Assembly: GCF_036321535.1 (NCBI RefSeq)
Contig: NC_087436.1
Span: 82,090,001-82,154,000, forward strand
DNA: 64,000 nt
Reading direction: 5' to 3'
Source of the DNA: Camelus dromedarius
Taxonomy: Eukaryota
Position 1 is the stretch's first letter. Each line of letters begins with the position of its first letter. Positions 61,791-64,000 of this stretch are shown here, in pieces. A program made the position numbers and the translations under genes. The notes beneath the pieces were generated by a model that did no database searches, had not been told where the DNA came from, and saw only the letters and a list, made by a program, of their open reading frames with translations.

Positions 61791-63433
61791 ACCTGGGCCT
61801 GGTAGCACCAGAAGGGGGAGTGAAAGCAGGTTGAATGGAAAGGAGAGGGAGGGAAAGATGAAAACCGGGACCAGTGAAGCTCTAGGATTTATGCTAGTTG
61901 GTTTGGGAGGTCAGAGACATCCCTGAGGCTTCTGGCCTTGATGTTGCAATGGACTTGAATGAGTGCGTGCACTGCTGCACAGAGGCGTTGGAAGGCAGAG
62001 GACAGTGATTTCATTTTGGTTCTGTTAATCACAGGCTGTACTGTAGGGAGGTTAATTTGGCAGCAAAATATGGAGCTGGCAGAGGCTGGAGGTGGGAAGA
62101 CCAGTTAGGCTGGGTCTCATGCCCATCACACCTGGTTGCTGCAGCCTCTTGGAGGGGGCAGGGTGAGAGAGTGATACACTGAGAAGTAATCTACAGAATT
62201 GCTTAGTAGGTTATGCTGAATTTTACATTGGGCTTCCCAATTCTGCCTCAGACAATCCCCCCACCTCTTTTTTTTTTTTTTTTTTGTGCTTAAAATCACC
62301 CTTTATAGTAGGAAAAAAAAGGAAGTGTGCAAATTACGGTGTGGCCTTCAAATTTTAATGCAAATATTTAGACTAGAATAGCAGCTTACCTTTTTCCTTA
62401 TTTCTGGAAGCAGATTGATTTGGTAGAGAGATAGGAAGTACCAAATAACAGATTTGCTCAGCTTTATTTCCTGGAATTAGAATGATGACCAAGAAAGCTT
62501 TTATTATGAAAGCCCCACCCCCACTTTTAGAGTTTTTTTGTTCATTCATTCATTTAGTATTTATTGAACGTTTACTATGTCAGATGGTACGTTAAAATCT
62601 GGTGTCTAAAGAGGATCAAGATATAAGGGGTCCCTTTAACCAGAGAGATAAGGCACACGGATAAATAATGAAACTGTGTGATATAAGTATTCTAATGGAA
62701 GTGTCAATAAGGTGTTGCAGGGTCGTGGAAGGAGGTGACATGTCCTGTGTAAGAGCTCCCCACTGAGAACCACGGTTACTCTGATTCATTTTTACTTTCT
62801 TTGGGGGGCTTTGGGGTCATGCCATCTCGCTTGTAGCATCGCTGTGGCAGAGTTCAACTTAGTCCTACCTAAACTTTAGAGTTTTTAGAAATGCAGTGAT
62901 TTCTATATTAAATATGGTCTCCTTCTAAAGGCTGTTCCACCATTATCATTTTGGTTGCTGTGAATTTGCTTTTCTTCCAAGGTTTTAAGTGCAAATGAAG
63001 GGAATCAGACAGGAAATGCCATCAAGAATCGCTAACTTATGATTTCCTGAAAGGATGATATTTCTTCTAATTAACAGTATGCAAATCAAGTATCTCAGAG
63101 GCTAACAATTGGAAACAACCACAAGGAAGCTTTTCACATACACTTTTAAGAAGTTGAATGTAATGTTTTGCTCACATCAGTTAAATTCAGAAAAGAACTT
63201 TGGTGACTAGCTAAGGTTGGGGGTCATGACACCAAGAACAACTCTCAGCTCGTGGTTTAGAAGGTTCTGCTGTCCCTTTCTGGTCTCAGATTCCAGGCCC
63301 TCTTTCTTTCCCTGTTGTCTTGTAAATACTATTGACAGTAACTGCCTGGACTTCTCCAGCTGACTCCAGTTCCCTGTTCCTCTAGCCAGCTGCTGCCTCC
63401 TCCATCCCCCGTGTCTGCTGGAGTGAACTTTCT

Positions 63434-63601
63434 TCTTCTTCTTTTTTTAAAGACTATTATTATTAAAAAATTTTTTTTGTTGGTGGGGGAGGTAATTAGG
63501 TTTATTTAGTTATTTATTTTTAGAGGAGGTACTGGGGATTTGACCCAGGACCTTGTGCATGCTAAGTGTGTGCTCTACCACTTGAGCTATACCCTCCCCT
63601 C
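63434..63601 (-). mobile_element. Vic-1-type SINE
   Basis: Near-consensus antisense copy; TSD ctggagtg(aa/gt)ctttct (63418 / 63602). Confidence 0.92.
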
Positions 63602-64000
63602 CTGGAGTGGTCTTTCTAACCCACAACTGTTTAAAAAACTCTGCTGGATCACTGTTGCCTAAGGAGCATGTTGAGGGTGTATGCAGCCTGATAGGCACTC
63701 ACCTCTTTGGTGCTTGCCCTGTGTGTCTCCTGGGCTCCCTGCAGAGCAACATGAGTTTTCATTGCTTCCCCTCCGAAAGCCATGTCTTCCTGTACTTCTG
63801 TGTTCCTGACCCTGTTGGTCCCAGGCCTGGAATGGTCTTCCAACACTACTTTGTTTTCCTGGGAAAAGCCTGTTTATCCTACCTTCACCTTTATTTGGTT
63901 TCAGTTCAACAAACATTTATTTAGGGCTTCCTGTGCACCGTGTGCTGGGGATACAAAACTCCTTAAGACAGTCTTAAAAGACTTAAAAGTCTTCAAAGAC

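Noticed and set aside
61806..61820. CTCF-like CCAGAAGGGGGAG
   Set aside because: Two mismatches in the core and no supporting context.

Overview
Mammalian genomic DNA, almost certainly camelid: it carries about 12 copies of a tRNA-derived SINE with the Vic-1-type tail CCTAATTACCTCCCC. The window holds the 5' end of AFF1 (AF4) on the + strand. This comprises a CpG-island promoter (~29.9-31.5 kb), a non-coding exon 1 ending at 30368, and exon 2 (41871-41944) encoding MAFTERVNSSGN(S). The next intron runs past the window end. The first ~29.8 kb is repeat-rich intergenic DNA: MLT1/MaLR solo LTRs, L1 fragments, hAT MERs and a nested, decayed ERV-L provirus (RNase H-integrase-dUTPase-PPT-LTR). It also contains a retroposed 28S rRNA 3'-end copy with a 20-nt deletion, and a CCAAT/octamer/TATA-rich LTR pointing at AFF1. 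None of the supplied ORFs looks like a real intact gene. I see no evidence for a wholly new biological system. The best leads are regulatory and retrotranspositional: a splice-dependent uORF just ahead of the AFF1 start, a candidate LTR alternative promoter, and several TSD-flanked insertions carrying extra captured sequence. Repeat family names come from recognition of consensus motifs, not from a database search.
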